Numbered from the stretch's first letter, positions 34,645-48,615 are shown. The stretch is DNA of 64,000 nucleotides from the human T2T-CHM13v2.0 reference genome, Homo sapiens (GCF_009914755.1 NC_060933.1), one strand, 5' to 3'. Program-made: numbers and translations. Notes: generated by a model not told the origin, from the sequence alone.

Positions 34645-35740
34645 GAGGCTGCCGCTCCATCCTTGAAACTGAAGACTGTGTTCAAGGACCCAGAAGATGA
34701 GGATGGGGGAGGGCAGACTCAGTGTCTGGATACCTGTGCCAATCAAATACACCACCAGGCAGAAGTGAGCCAGGCCACACTGGGCCATGCACAAGTGTGG
34801 GAGTGGAAGGCACAGACACTGTCCCTGTAAAGAAGCCTGCCCCACAGGGCCCTGACGCTTTATACCTCCCTTCTCCTTGAGGTTCTTCTAGATCAGTTCA
34901 GGGCTTTCTTTTCAACCTTTTCCAGGAGTTGGACAACTGCCTCTTTTACTCCATCAGAAAGAATGGTTTAAACTGAAAACAAGTCCCAACAGCTGCTACT
35001 AAAGCAGAATAGTATCATCAAAGGCTGGAGGTTCTGCAGTGACAGTGAAACTAGGAAAGGTGGTATGGCAGTGAGACTGCAGTCAGATGGAGGGGTCCTG
35101 GGGAAGGGGCATGGCAGCAAGACCCTAGCCTGAGACGGCTTTCCAGAGGGAAGCCCTACATGAGTGAAGCCACACAGGCCTGACTGAGGCTGTCGGACTA
35201 GGAGGTGGCAGGAGTGTGTCCTGGTATTTACTGTCCCCTTGACTAGACACTGTCCCCTTTTCTCACACCCACAAGCAACCATATGAACGTGCCCACTGTA
35301 TATTTGTACATATTCCTACAGACAAATGTGATTCCTGGGTTCAGAGAGTGAGAGTTTAGACAGCAAAGGATTCTACATCATCTGAATCCCTGCCTCCTCA
35401 TCAGGATAGCATAGGCTACTCCTAGTTTTAGTCTATGTATACACAATGTGTTCTTACCAACATGCTGCTGTGGCTTCAAACCTGATGCTGCACTTCAGAA
35501 GACCCTTGAGGACAGAGTTATGAGGCGTCAGGGCCCTGGGGGGCAGGCATCTTTCCAGGGGGGGGCATTGTCTGTGCCCTCCACTCCACTCATGTGCGTG
35601 GCCCAGTGTGGCCTGGCTCACTTCTGCCTGGTGGTGTATTTGATTGGCACAAGCACCCAGACACCAACTCTACCCTTTCCCTACCCTCATCTTCTGGGTC
35701 CTTGAACACATTCTTGTTTCAGGGATGGAGTGACAGCCTC
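34645..35740. repeat. Inverted repeat: arms about 34645-34890 and 35495-35740, spacer about 600 bp
   Basis: Arms roughly 80-85% identical by eye. Perfect blocks of 53 bp (34735-34787 / 35599-35651) and 26 bp (34677-34702 / 35685-35710). Confidence 0.93.
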
Positions 35741-35936
35741 CCCACATATACATGACCCCTCCCCATTCTCCTGAAGGTGGACCCCAGGCTGCTTCCAGTT
35801 CCCACTACCAGGGTTACCTGATAGGCTTGTTGCTGTTGTTGTTTGAGGCAGTGGATTTATTGTGCCTTGCTTAAACCACAGTTATCTGGAGCACGGAGTC
35901 AGAACAACCACAGAGAACAAACATGTGCTTTGTCTT

Positions 35937-35952
35937 TTTATTATTCTTTATT
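35937..35952 (-). terminator. BICD2: Distal poly(A) signal, tandem AATAAA
   Basis: Plus-strand tttatt at 35937-35942 and 35947-35952. Downstream on the minus strand is a GU/U-rich tract (TGTTTGTTCTCTGTGGTTGTTCT). Confidence 0.8.
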
Positions 35953-37128
35953 GGTCCTACCAATGTGACTCTTTACCCAGGCCCACTGTTCCTATGCACA
36001 CTGGCTTTGTAGGCATTCACATCATATGTCTGTGTCCTGAAAATCTCAATTAATTTCTCCTTCCTATTCCTTTTCCATGCTCTGCCTCATTTTCTCAGAA
36101 ATTGAAGGCATTTGATTATTATTTTTTTGTTTGGGTCTGTGTAAAGGTTCCTTGGCAGGAGAACATGCATATGACTTTAAAATAAAGACCAACATTCTGA
36201 CACTAAGGTAATGCACAGAAAAAATACAGTACTCAGACATCATTGCAAATAAATACCCCATACAGATGAAGTTATCTCAAATGTAACAATATTTCTTATG
36301 AATCAACACTGTAACGGAAGGTAAAAATAGGAGTCCCTACAACTAGGAATAAGAAATGCTTATTCCAGGAAACAGAATTCTTTTATTTTTGTCATTTATA
36401 TTATTATAATTTTTCCTTTTTTGGAGAAGGAAGGACAGTTTTTCTTCCTCCAAGAGTACCAATTTGACCACTCCCACTAACCTCACTCAGCAAACAAAAC
36501 AGGATGTAGACCTGGTTTGCTAAGGAGTTTTAATGAGTTCTGTTTCCTGAAATTAACAGTGATTAGTTACACCAAGCAAGAGAAGATATAATGTCTCGCT
36601 TTCACATTTGCAAAGAATACTATGGCTAACCCTCATCCCCTACTGCGCATGCCAACACAGCGTCGGCCCTCCTGATACCCTCAGCTCTTCACAAACGTGG
36701 CGTTCATACAGCTTGCTCAGCTTGTCCCAGAAGGTCCATTTGGTTCCCAAAGCACACTCAAGGTTTTGTGTTTGCTTTCATTTTCTAAGCCCCTGAATTT
36801 GCAAGTAAAGAATCACTGACTAACAGAATTTTGCACAATGACTGTTTTCTTTCCCTCAATGAAGATGCCCAGGTCTGGGTGTGAGGAGCACCTGCCTCAC
36901 CTGCTGTCCACGCTGGCCTTCAGCATGCCCACTAGCTCTTCCCTGCTCGCTTTTGAGAATGATCTGTGCTGGGACACCTCCCTTAACTGATGAAGGCACT
37001 ACTGGCAATGATTACTAACAAAAAGGTGTTGAAAGAGAACACCCTAAAAATCGACGACTGTAGAATTTTCTAAGTGTACCACAATTTGGCACAACAACCA
37101 GAGTAACAAAACAATTCCAATTTGGAAT

Positions 37129-37134
37129 TTTATT
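37129..37134 (-). terminator. BICD2: Candidate proximal poly(A) signal AATAAA
   Basis: Minus strand TGTACC-AATAAA-ATTCCAAATTGGAATTGTTTTGTTACTCTGGTTGTTGTG: upstream UGUA plus downstream GU-rich element. Confidence 0.55.
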
Positions 37135-38016
37135 GGTACAGTTGTATAAAATTCTGTTAATCAGTCATGCTTCACAACGTCCTAAAACCCAGAAAATTCT
37201 GGAATTTGTAGGTAATACTACTCATTCAATAATTTATCTTTTTTTTTCAAGTGCCTATTACTGTTTTAACCAGAGCAAAGGTCAAGTTTTCTTCTTGTTA
37301 CATTGAACTATTCCTAAGAATAATAATAATACAATATGAAAAACCCCAGAATCTGAATACCCTGGATTTCTTAATGAACATGGCATTTAAAATCTGTAAT
37401 TTCAAACATGAACCACAATGCCGTATGATCTAAAGGCTGCTGAACCACAGCGTGGATACACTTAGCTGAGCTCCTCGCTGGGTCAAAGCACTCATCTCCG
37501 AGTCTAAAGCTACACGCTATGGAGCACACAGCTCTGCCTCGTGCTGACACCAGACAAACACGGTGGGAGCTGAGGCGGACAGCTACAGGACCACGAGCAT
37601 AGACCACGGCACCTGAGACCGTCTCTACGCGAGGAATTAAGGAAGCAAATATAATATCAAAATATCAAAAGTGCACAGGTTGATCGGATAAAAAAAGAAC
37701 ATGTGTAACAAGGAGCCCCCGTGGTGGGCGTTTCCAGTGGGCTCCTGGCGAGCCTGGCAGCCAGGGAAGAAGGGTCTTCGGCCCATACAGAGGCCTTTCC
37801 ACGCAGCAGCTCGCAGCATGCTCAACATTAAAGCTTTTTTTCCTCCCATTAAAAACCTGGGGAATGCTATTTTGAAAAGAATTGCAGTGGCATATCCAAA
37901 AAGTTTCTAAGTGGGCTTTTAGGTTGCCCTTCCTTCCTCCTTGTGGGCCACGAGAGGGAAGGGGAAGGGGCTGCAGTGTGACAGGGCCGGGTGGCCAAGT
38001 CCTCCTGGCAGCTACT

Positions 38017-38022
38017 CTACAG
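38017..38022 (-). CDS. BICD2: BICD2 alternative terminal exon 8, coding part CTG TAG (short isoform ...ATPSL*, 824 aa)
   Basis: Minus strand: branch-point CTAAC (38050-38046), tract ctctcttttctcccgttttcag, then CTG TAG. Joins in frame to the donor at 39813 (1791-nt intron). Confidence 0.88.
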   Translation of the reverse strand: M

Positions 38023-39714
38023 CTGAAAACGGGAGAAAAGAGAGCGTTAGAAAGCGGTCATCTGTCGCTTCCTGTTTATCTGACAATTGAAGCTCTCCAC
38101 GTGCTGGGAGGGCGCGAGCACGTTAGTTGGCAGAAGAGAAGACCTGCATGTGTTAGCAGGGGTCCCAGTGGCTTGGGTGTCTGCAAAGTCCCTTAGGAGT
38201 ATGGAGAGAAGCTATATGCCAGGCTTGCAAGGAGAGGGCAAAGCGCATGCAGGGTGGGCATGCCAGCAGCCATCCCACTGCGAGTCTTGCTGGGGCAGGG
38301 GGATCTGGGCCCAGGATGAACACGCAGGGGACATACATGGGCGTGTCCTGGAGTCTGGAGGGGACCGAAACATACTCGGCACCAAAGGGAAGAACGCGCA
38401 GGGCAGAGAGCTGTGGGAGGGGGCAACACGGTCTCTCACCAGGTAACTCGAATGCCTCTTCCGCATGAGAGACAAGGCAAGCAGCCTGCAGGAGAGAAGA
38501 CTGCAGCCTCAGGTCCAGCTGGTCCCACAGGGTGATCGGGAAAAAAGTACTGAGAAAAGTTCTGCTCAGAATGTGGGAAGGCAGGTGTGGATGGAGCCTC
38601 TGGAAATGGGAGAACCCTACAGCTACCTTTCCTCTTTCTCTGTTGCCATCCCCCAGATTGCACTAAATAAAGAGACCTAAACATCTCCTACCTGTGAATC
38701 CTGACAAGTGGCCCTGGCCGTATGCAAAGCTTTCCCAGCACCGGGCTGGGCTCTGGATACACCTGTGGGTGTCCAACCCAGCCAAGCCCTTGGTGGCTCA
38801 GACTTCAGGCTAGGGTTTTCAAAGCCCCATGTCTTTGGGACTGAACCCCCTATGGAAGGCCGGATAATTGGCTGCTGGGGTCACCCCAAGTACAAAAGGA
38901 CGGGCTCTGCACTAAGGACCAAGGTCTGGCCAGGCACTTGGAAAGCTTTTCTCATGAAAAATGAAAACCTGGGGCCTTGGGCCCTGCCAATCTGTCACCT
39001 CACAGGCCACTATACAAGCATCCTGATCTCAGAAATGAGAAACCGAGCTCTGGATTCCTGGGTTATGGTCAGCTGTGTCTGTGCCATGTGTGTCTGGCCA
39101 GCAGAATACAGGGGCTCAGGGCTGCTCTTCTCTGGGCTTGGGGAAGAAATTCTGCACTTCTTTCCTGAATATGATTTGCAGTCAGATACTGCATAAACTA
39201 CAACGTACTCCTTTCCATGAAACTATGCCAAGTGCAGAGCCATCCTCTGAGGTCGTACCTATGCTGCAGGCTGGAACCTCCTAAAACTGCTTTCTAGTGC
39301 TGACATTAGACACATGCGAGGAACATGCAAGTCTCAACTCAGGTTCTGCCCCTTTTGGGTGCTGAGGGAGCAGGACCAGGACTCCTCCCTTGGGTTTCCC
39401 CACGGGTGCGCAGGGCTTAGAAGATGCTTTCATCACACATCTGCTGCAAGAATGTGCAGCTCTATCCCCACCTCTGACCCCCACCTAAGAGAGCAGCTGA
39501 GGACTGGGTGCTCCTGAGGGGGCTTTGAGGAGTGAGAAGCGACACAAAGCTCTCACAAGTGTCCTGCTGATGCAACGCCCCATGGCGCCTCGGCTAGACT
39601 CCTACCCTCTGTGCATTAGTCACGTTAAGATTGACCTAGCACCGCCGTCCCGCTGCTGCTGGGTTAGTTGAGGTGAAGCAGATGTTAGCTGCAGCGTGCG
39701 GCGCCCCACAGCCC

Positions 39715-40024
39715 CTAATCACAGTAAATGCTGTGCTTCTCGCTGCAGAACACCTGGTTGGCCAGCCCGGTGCCCTCGGCCCTGTCGCTGGCACAGGCAC
39801 AGGTGTGACTTACGCTCGGTGTGGCTGGCTTGGTCTTCGGGGCGGCTTTGGCACGGCCACGCCGGGTCTGCTCATGGTCCAGCTCGAGCAGCTCCAGCCG
39901 CTGGGTCAGCGCCAGCTTCTGCTGGATGGCCATGCGCAGCAGCGAGTTCAGCGTCTTCTTCTCGTCCTCAGCAGCCGCCAGCTGCCGCTGCATCTCATCC
40001 AGCTGTGTAATGTACTCGTCACAC
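39715..40024 (-). CDS. BICD2: BICD2 exon 7 coding part, long isoform ([15 protein letters not shown]...ATPSVSHTC...HSIYCD*); the short isoform stops using this exon at 39814
   Basis: ccacag|G acceptor completes the Arg codon. TAG stop at 39717-39715. Internal donor AGC|gtaagt at 39813. Sum with a 240-nt exon 1 is 2568 nt = 855 aa + stop. Confidence 0.96.
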
Positions 40025-41228
40025 CTGTGGGTACCAAAAACATGACTGAGGGGCGGGCAGAGCCGAGCAGAGGAGGGCAGGGCAGGGCAGGGCTAAGCTG
40101 CACGGCCCTCTGACAGCCCTATACCAGAGCCATCCTTCAATGTGGCCTCTGGACTGGAGGGTGTGGCTGGGGAAGAATTATTCTGGCTTATTTTAGCACA
40201 GGCTTTGCTTGGACAAATCCCTGATAAGGTTGAGAGGGAGGCTTGGGCCCAGGCAGGGCAGCCCTATGAGGCTGGCTTGAGTTTTGTGGTTTTGTGGGGG
40301 AGGGGCTGCTTTGCTCTTTCAGCTGCATGTAGTGCTTACAAACAGGCTATGCCCCTCAGCGACTGGGCTTCTTCTAGGAGGCGCTCTCCCCGCTTAAAGG
40401 CCTCGAGGTGGCCTGGGGCATCAAGACATGGAGAAGCCATGGCTTCTAGGGTGTGGATGTAAATCTAAGCAGGACTGGGCTTGTTCCCAAGGTCGATGCT
40501 TCGTCAGTCTGTGCTGAGCACTGACCAGAGCCAAGGAACCATGTGTGTGGACGCCATCAACAGCTTCATCCTGAAACCCGGGTGCGGAGCTGTGGGAGGG
40601 TGTGGTCTGTCCCTGGATGCCCTTCTTCCACATGTCCCATATGGGTGGGGCTTGGTAGAGACAAAGGGCGGGTTAAATCCCAGGGCTCCCAGGGCGGTGA
40701 GGCTGTGCAGGCACTGAGCACAGCCCCACCCTGCCCACACGCACCCTACTCTGCCTGTCCCCACCTGCCAGGAGCCGGCCCTTGGATAGCACCCTCTCCA
40801 AGGACTCTGCTGCCCACCCTTTTGAGGGCACACACAGCTGTGATCCCTGCAGATTCAAAATCTTGGCTCCATCTGAAAAGTTTTTAAATAAAACAAATTT
40901 TAAAAGGTAGGGTTTACATGCCAGATACTGAGAAACTGTGGGATTTTTTCCCCAAGCCCCAGGAAGACAGGACGCTTCCAGAGAAATCCTGGGACTCTTC
41001 CTTGTCTGTACCCTGCTCTGGCACGTCCTGCAGGGATACTGAGAAACTGGGAGTGCACGGCACCAGGCTTGAGAGAAGCAGGCCCTATGTGCAGTTCCCA
41101 CCCTGTCCAGCTCAGATCCTCAGCTTGCTCACCCATAAAAAGGAAACATCTAGGTTATCTGCTGGGCCCATGGTGGGCCTGGCTGTCCCCCATGCAGGGC
41201 TGACCCCATGGTGCTATCCCAACATGAC

Positions 41229-41243
41229 CCAGCAGGTGGCGCT
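41229..41243 (+). promoter_or_regulatory. Candidate CTCF site in BICD2 intron 6
   Basis: CCAGCAGGTGGCGCT fits CCASYAGRKGGCRSY at every position. Motif evidence only. Confidence 0.45.
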
Positions 41244-42352
41244 ACCCATCTTTGGAAAGTGAAAGACAGCGGTACCTGTCAGGGGGCACCTGGGAAGATG
41301 CTGAAACCAGGACCTGCCCCACAGAGGCCTGTGAACACTTAGGGAGCCTCGATTCCCAGCCTTGGGGTCTGAGTCCCAGCCAGGGAGGGGTGTGCACCCA
41401 CCAGGGGCAGCCCACCTCAGAGCCCATTACTAAGAGCCCTCCACAGAGGAAGAAAGAAAGCTGGTCTCCTCCAAGCCCCGGCCCTCTCCTCACCCTCCCC
41501 AGATTGGCAAAGTAGAGGATGGGAGGTGAGTACCCAGCGGTCACAATGACGCAGAGGTACAGGGCTATGCACAGAGGTGGGACCCGAACTGTGGACCCCA
41601 GCAGTGACCTGCTCCAGCCAGGAGGATAATCTTCCTTCTGAATCTACAAACATAAATACACACTTGTGCCATATGGCCAAGTTCTTGGGGACAAATACCT
41701 CATGAGAGGAAAGGCCAGGACTCCTCTGTCACCTGTTGGCCCCAAGTTAAGTCCCTGTAAATGTTGGATTCAAGGGGTGGGAGCCCAAGCATCCCCTGAA
41801 GCTATGCAACTCTGGCCCATCCACTCCAGGATCTGCTCTCCTCAGCCCTTCTGCCCTCAGTCTCCATATATGCAAAGCAGAGACAAGCCTGGGCCTGCTG
41901 CGGTTTCATTCACAGCAAAATGGAACCGGCGCCACAGAACCAGGCTCCTGGGGGCTGGGCTAGGTGCAAAAGGAACATTAAAAGGATCACACACGCTCTG
42001 CTATCCCCGGCCACATGTGGGCACCTGCCAGGCATGCCCTATGCTCCAGCAACTGCTTGCGTGACCTCGGAGGAAGCTGAGGTGCAGCAGCTAGGGGCCC
42101 CCAACCCCATGTGGCCCCCATATCGCCTCACCCTTTCTTGTCACCAACTTGAGCACCAGTGTGCCAGAGATGTGCCAGGGGCCATGCTTCCCCAACCTCG
42201 TACCATGCTGGCCCTGATGGAGCTGGGCACAGCCACTGACTAGTCAGGGCTGCAGGCCTCAGCATGAGGCAGTGAGAGGCTAAGGGTTCCAGAGGCAAGT
42301 GCTGAGGACAGCTGGCCTTGTGGAAGGGGAGGGCCCGACAGCAGCACGGTTA

Positions 42353-42553
<201 letters not shown>

Positions 42554-42864
42554 CTAGAGGTGCTCTGGGAGCAGGATCGGGAGCCCCGGTCTGAAGTGGT
42601 GGCAGTGCCTGGGAAGAAAGCTCCTGGGAGGCCCCTCCCTGTGACAAACCCTGGGGATGGACTCCAGCAGCTACGCCATGGGGAGTCCCACCTGCTGATT
42701 CTGACTGGCAGAGGAGGGACTGCCCCTAAACCTGCCAACAGGACCTCCACGAAGCCCCACAATTGCTCTCCACAGCTCAGACTATGGCTCTCACATGTTT
42801 TCCCTCCAGTATCAGGAAGCACTACGAGGCAGTCACAGTGAGTCAAGGGCAGCGGCATTTCTCA

Positions 42865-44169
<1,305 letters not shown>

Positions 44170-44772
44170 TCAGTTGCTATGGACCCCGAGAGCTTGGAGG
44201 ACCCCCAAGATGGCCTAGTGACATCCCACCCCATGTCAGGGCAGGCTGTGAGCCCCAGGTTCCTTGGCTATGCTGTCAGTGAGGTGGACAAAGACACACA
44301 GGGTGTGGAAAGAATGGAATTCATGCTGGGCCCTCAGAACACTAACCGTCACCAGTAATGGTGGTCACCCTCAACGCAGGCTCTTTCCCCAACCATGCTA
44401 CAGGGGATCTGGGCTAAGAAAGTGGAGCTCTAGGCTGGCTGGGTGTGTAGTCGGGAATATTAGCACCCTAGCCCTCTGCTTCGGAGGACAGGACTCTGTT
44501 GCCTTGGATCAACAGGGATCCATGTCCCAGGGGATGAGCCCAAGCATGACCATGGTGGGCCCCTGACACCTGGCCTGCGTGCAGGGATCACATGTGGGCC
44601 AGTGTCTCATCACTTCACCCTGACACCACGTAGTTAACAGGGGAGCAATGTGGGTGCTGCAGTGCCAGGAAACCACTTCTCTGAGACTCCTCTATGTGTG
44701 CTCCTGGAGTTCCATTTACCGTAATGATGCAGGAGATAAAATCAACGTAAGGAAAAGGGAAAGTTAACATCA

Positions 44773-45339
<567 letters not shown>

Positions 45340-46704
45340 TCAATGCAATGTGGAAGCTCCTTTCAGGCCCCATAAATGAAGAAAACACACCAGCACACCA
45401 ACTCCGGCCACTATGAAGCAAAAGATGAAGCGCCAGGTGAGGTGCCATCCTGGGAAGGGTGGCAGCCCGTCCAGGCCAAGACTGCTTCCTCTGCTCAGAG
45501 ATGTGGATGCTAAGAAGGTTCCAGGGCATGAGATGCGAATGCAATGAAATGCTCAGCCCAGCCCACCCACCGCTGGGACCAGCAGACACAGCAAGGGGAG
45601 CACAAATGTCTGAGGTGGCCCCAAGCCAGGACTGTACGTGTGGAGATGCACCAAGAACAACACACATCCATCCATAGAAGGCTGCCAACCTTGTATTAAG
45701 TCATTCACAAATATTACCAAGTGCATGCTGATTAAAAATTCTATAAAGTTATTTAATTAACATTAACAGTTAACTAAGTATCTTAAGATACATAAAAATA
45801 TATTTCAATGTGTGCTATGATCATGACTTCTAATCATAGTTCAAAATGAAGGAACAGAAACTCCCCGCAAGGCAGAACATCTCAACCACTAAACCTCCAC
45901 ATGCACATGACACCCAGACCTGGAGGAGCTCGAAGGTAGGTGGGAAAAGCAACATCAAAGTCTTGTCTACATGAAAATTGTATCTGCAGGTGGGCAAGGA
46001 AAAAGCAGATAGAAACTGATGCCTGATGTGGAGGCTCAGAATTTGTGGGCAATTGCTAAAACTATTTCTTATTTTTCTGTAATATTTGGAGAAAAAAATA
46101 AGAAACAAACCAGTAACAGGAAGTGCTGAGCACATCTCTGTGGGTCTTGGGTCGGAAGGGACACCCATTACCACATCCAAGGTGTGCTCACAGGAGGTGG
46201 GCATGGAGCCCTCAGTCCCAGCACCACAAATGCGGAGGTGAGGAATCCCAGAGAGGGAGAGAGAGTCAGACTCCACTAAGCGCCAACCTGAGGACAGGGT
46301 CGCCTCAAGCCTCAGTTTCCCTTCTCCTAAGGCCACCGTGCGCTGGGCTCTGCCAACAGCAGCACCAATGACCAAATGGTACTTACAATGTAGACAGTGG
46401 CTAAGACTGTTAATGAGCTCGAGCTGTCACAGAAGGACCAGGCTAGGAGCTCTGCATAAACACATGAGCTTCCTCCTCCGGGCATAAATACCACATTCCC
46501 TGATGGTGAGACTCAGAGGATTTTGGTGGTAGAGGATTTGAGGAAAGCAAGGAAGACATCCATGGCATTCTGGGGAAAGTTTTGGGAGAGAAAAGACTCC
46601 CATTCCCCACCATGCAGGAGTGTGGCTCTTGCAGAGAGAAGAGCAAGTTCAGGCCTTGAGTGGCAGAACAGCAGAGCACATGACAATTTAGTCACATCAC
46701 AAAG

Positions 46705-46860
46705 AGAAGGGACCCTCCTTATTCATCTCTGTCACAGGCAGAGACCCTACTCGTCCCTGTCAGGGGTCCCTCTGAGACCCCATTAGAGACAGAGGGGTTC
46801 CTGTTCATCCCCGTCACAGACAGAGAGGACCTTCCTTGTCCCTGTCACAGGCAGAGACAC
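46705..46860. repeat. Degenerate short tandem repeat (tccctgtcacaggcagaga-like units)
   Basis: About four imperfect copies of tc(c/t)ctgtcaca(g/a)gcagaga in intron 3. Confidence 0.5.
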
Positions 46861-47173
46861 AGGAATATTGCAGGCCTCATGGTCAGCACCTGATGGGGGA
46901 GTCTCAAAGTCCAATCTGGGGTTTTCTGGTGTAACCTCTTCATTACCTCTCAGATTTTTGTTTTCATTTTTGTTGGCTGGGACACCTCAGCCTGGCCAAT
47001 GTCAGCAAACACTGCAGCCAGAGTTTCATCTTTTGGAGAGTCTGGGTCCCACCAAGTATACCCCTGCCTCCACAGTGGTAAAGCTGGCCCTGGGCCTCGG
47101 GTGTGTGGAATAAGACAGGAACCCCTTCCCAACAGGGAGAGGGGCTGAGCAAGAGGTCCTCAAGGCCCAGTTA

Positions 47174-47422
<249 letters not shown>

Positions 47423-47714
47423 TCAGTGCAGCCAGGCACGCCATGGCCAGCCATACAGCCAGAACTCAAGAGCCCTGGCCTGCAGGTGCCAGTGTGACTG
47501 CCTGGAGAGGAGAGGGAGCCCAGAGCAGTATGCCAGAGTGCACAGCGGACTGCAGAGGTTCCAGAGTAAATTCCCTCAGCCCTTCTCACCTGGGAACCCC
47601 TGACACGTGACTGCCTGCTCCGACCCTTGGTTTCTTCATCTTTAAATTAAAATGGGGTTAAAAGTAGTTCCTGCCTTCTATTATTGGGCATGTACACAGT
47701 AGTGCGCAGGTGGG

Positions 47715-48292
47715 CATATAAATGGTATAGTGCTCTGGCAAACAGCCTGCAGGTGCTGCAACTGTTAAACACAGAGGGTCTACCCCAGAGAAATGTACAC
47801 ATGCCCACACAGAAACCGGTCCACACATGTTCACAGCAGCAGCGTTCATTTTGCCAAAAGGTGGAAGCAGCCCAAGTGCCCATTGACTGATGAATGAATA
47901 AACAAAATGTGGTCTCTCCACACAATGGAATGTTGTTCAGCCACAATAAGGAATGACGTACTGACACATGCTACAACATGAATGACCCGTGAACACATTC
48001 TGCTGAGTGAAAGAAGGCCTGTCACGAGAGGCCATGCATTATATGATTCCATTTCCATGAAATGTCCAGAATAGGCAAATTCATAGAGACACAAAGTAGG
48101 TTAGTGGCTGCCAGGAGCTGGGGAGGGGGATGGGGAGTGACTGAAATGGGTTTTCTTTTTGGAGCAATGAACTGTTCTAAGATTGTGGAATGGGGCACAT
48201 ATATGTGACTATAATAAAATACACTGAGTTGTACACCTTATGTGGGTGAACTATATGAGATGTAAATCACCTGAATAAAGCTGTTAAAAATT
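47715..48292 (+). mobile_element. L1MB/MC-like 3' end in BICD2 intron 2 (antisense to gene)
   Basis: aatgaataaacaaaatgtggt, tatatgattccatttccatgaaatgtccagaataggcaaattcatagagac, aataaagctgttaaaaa. Confidence 0.75.
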
Positions 48293-48419
48293 AGTTCAGG
48301 CTCTAAGTTGCCCATAAGGAGCCAAGAGATGTCATGGGAGAGGCTAGTGCAGGGTTGGGGCAAACAGGATGCAATCAAGACAGAATTTCCAACTTGCTGC
48401 CATGTGCCAGGGACCTGGG

Positions 48420-48615
48420 CCCCTCAGCCGCAGCCCTAGCAACATTCAGGGATGTTTCTTCTTTGTGGTGGGAGCCGGCCTGTACATCATATGTCTAGCA
48501 GCTCCCTGACCTCTGGCCACCAGACACGGCTGCCTCCTCCATTGTGACAACTGAAAAATCTCTCCAGACGTTGCCAATGTCCCCCAGGGGCAAAATCATC
48601 CCCTTGACAAACTCT
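48420..48615. mobile_element. MER20
   Basis: ttgtgacaactgaaaaatctctccagacgttgccaatgtcccccaggggcaaaatcatcccc. Confidence 0.65.

Larger units (their letters stand above)
35923..39714 (-). other. BICD2: BICD2 3' UTR (long isoform; 38023-39813 is spliced out in the short isoform)
   Basis: Repeat-free sequence from the stop codon to the tandem AATAAA. Cleavage position is estimated. Confidence 0.8.

Noticed and set aside
34471-35705. Similar peptides (AQCGLAHFCLVVYLIGT) in ORFs on opposite strands suggesting a gene pair
   Set aside because: A by-product of the inverted repeat; the frames are not conserved beyond the shared core.
46705-46860. Spaced short repeats resembling a CRISPR-like array
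   Set aside because: Human intron with degenerate, irregular units; a decayed minisatellite.
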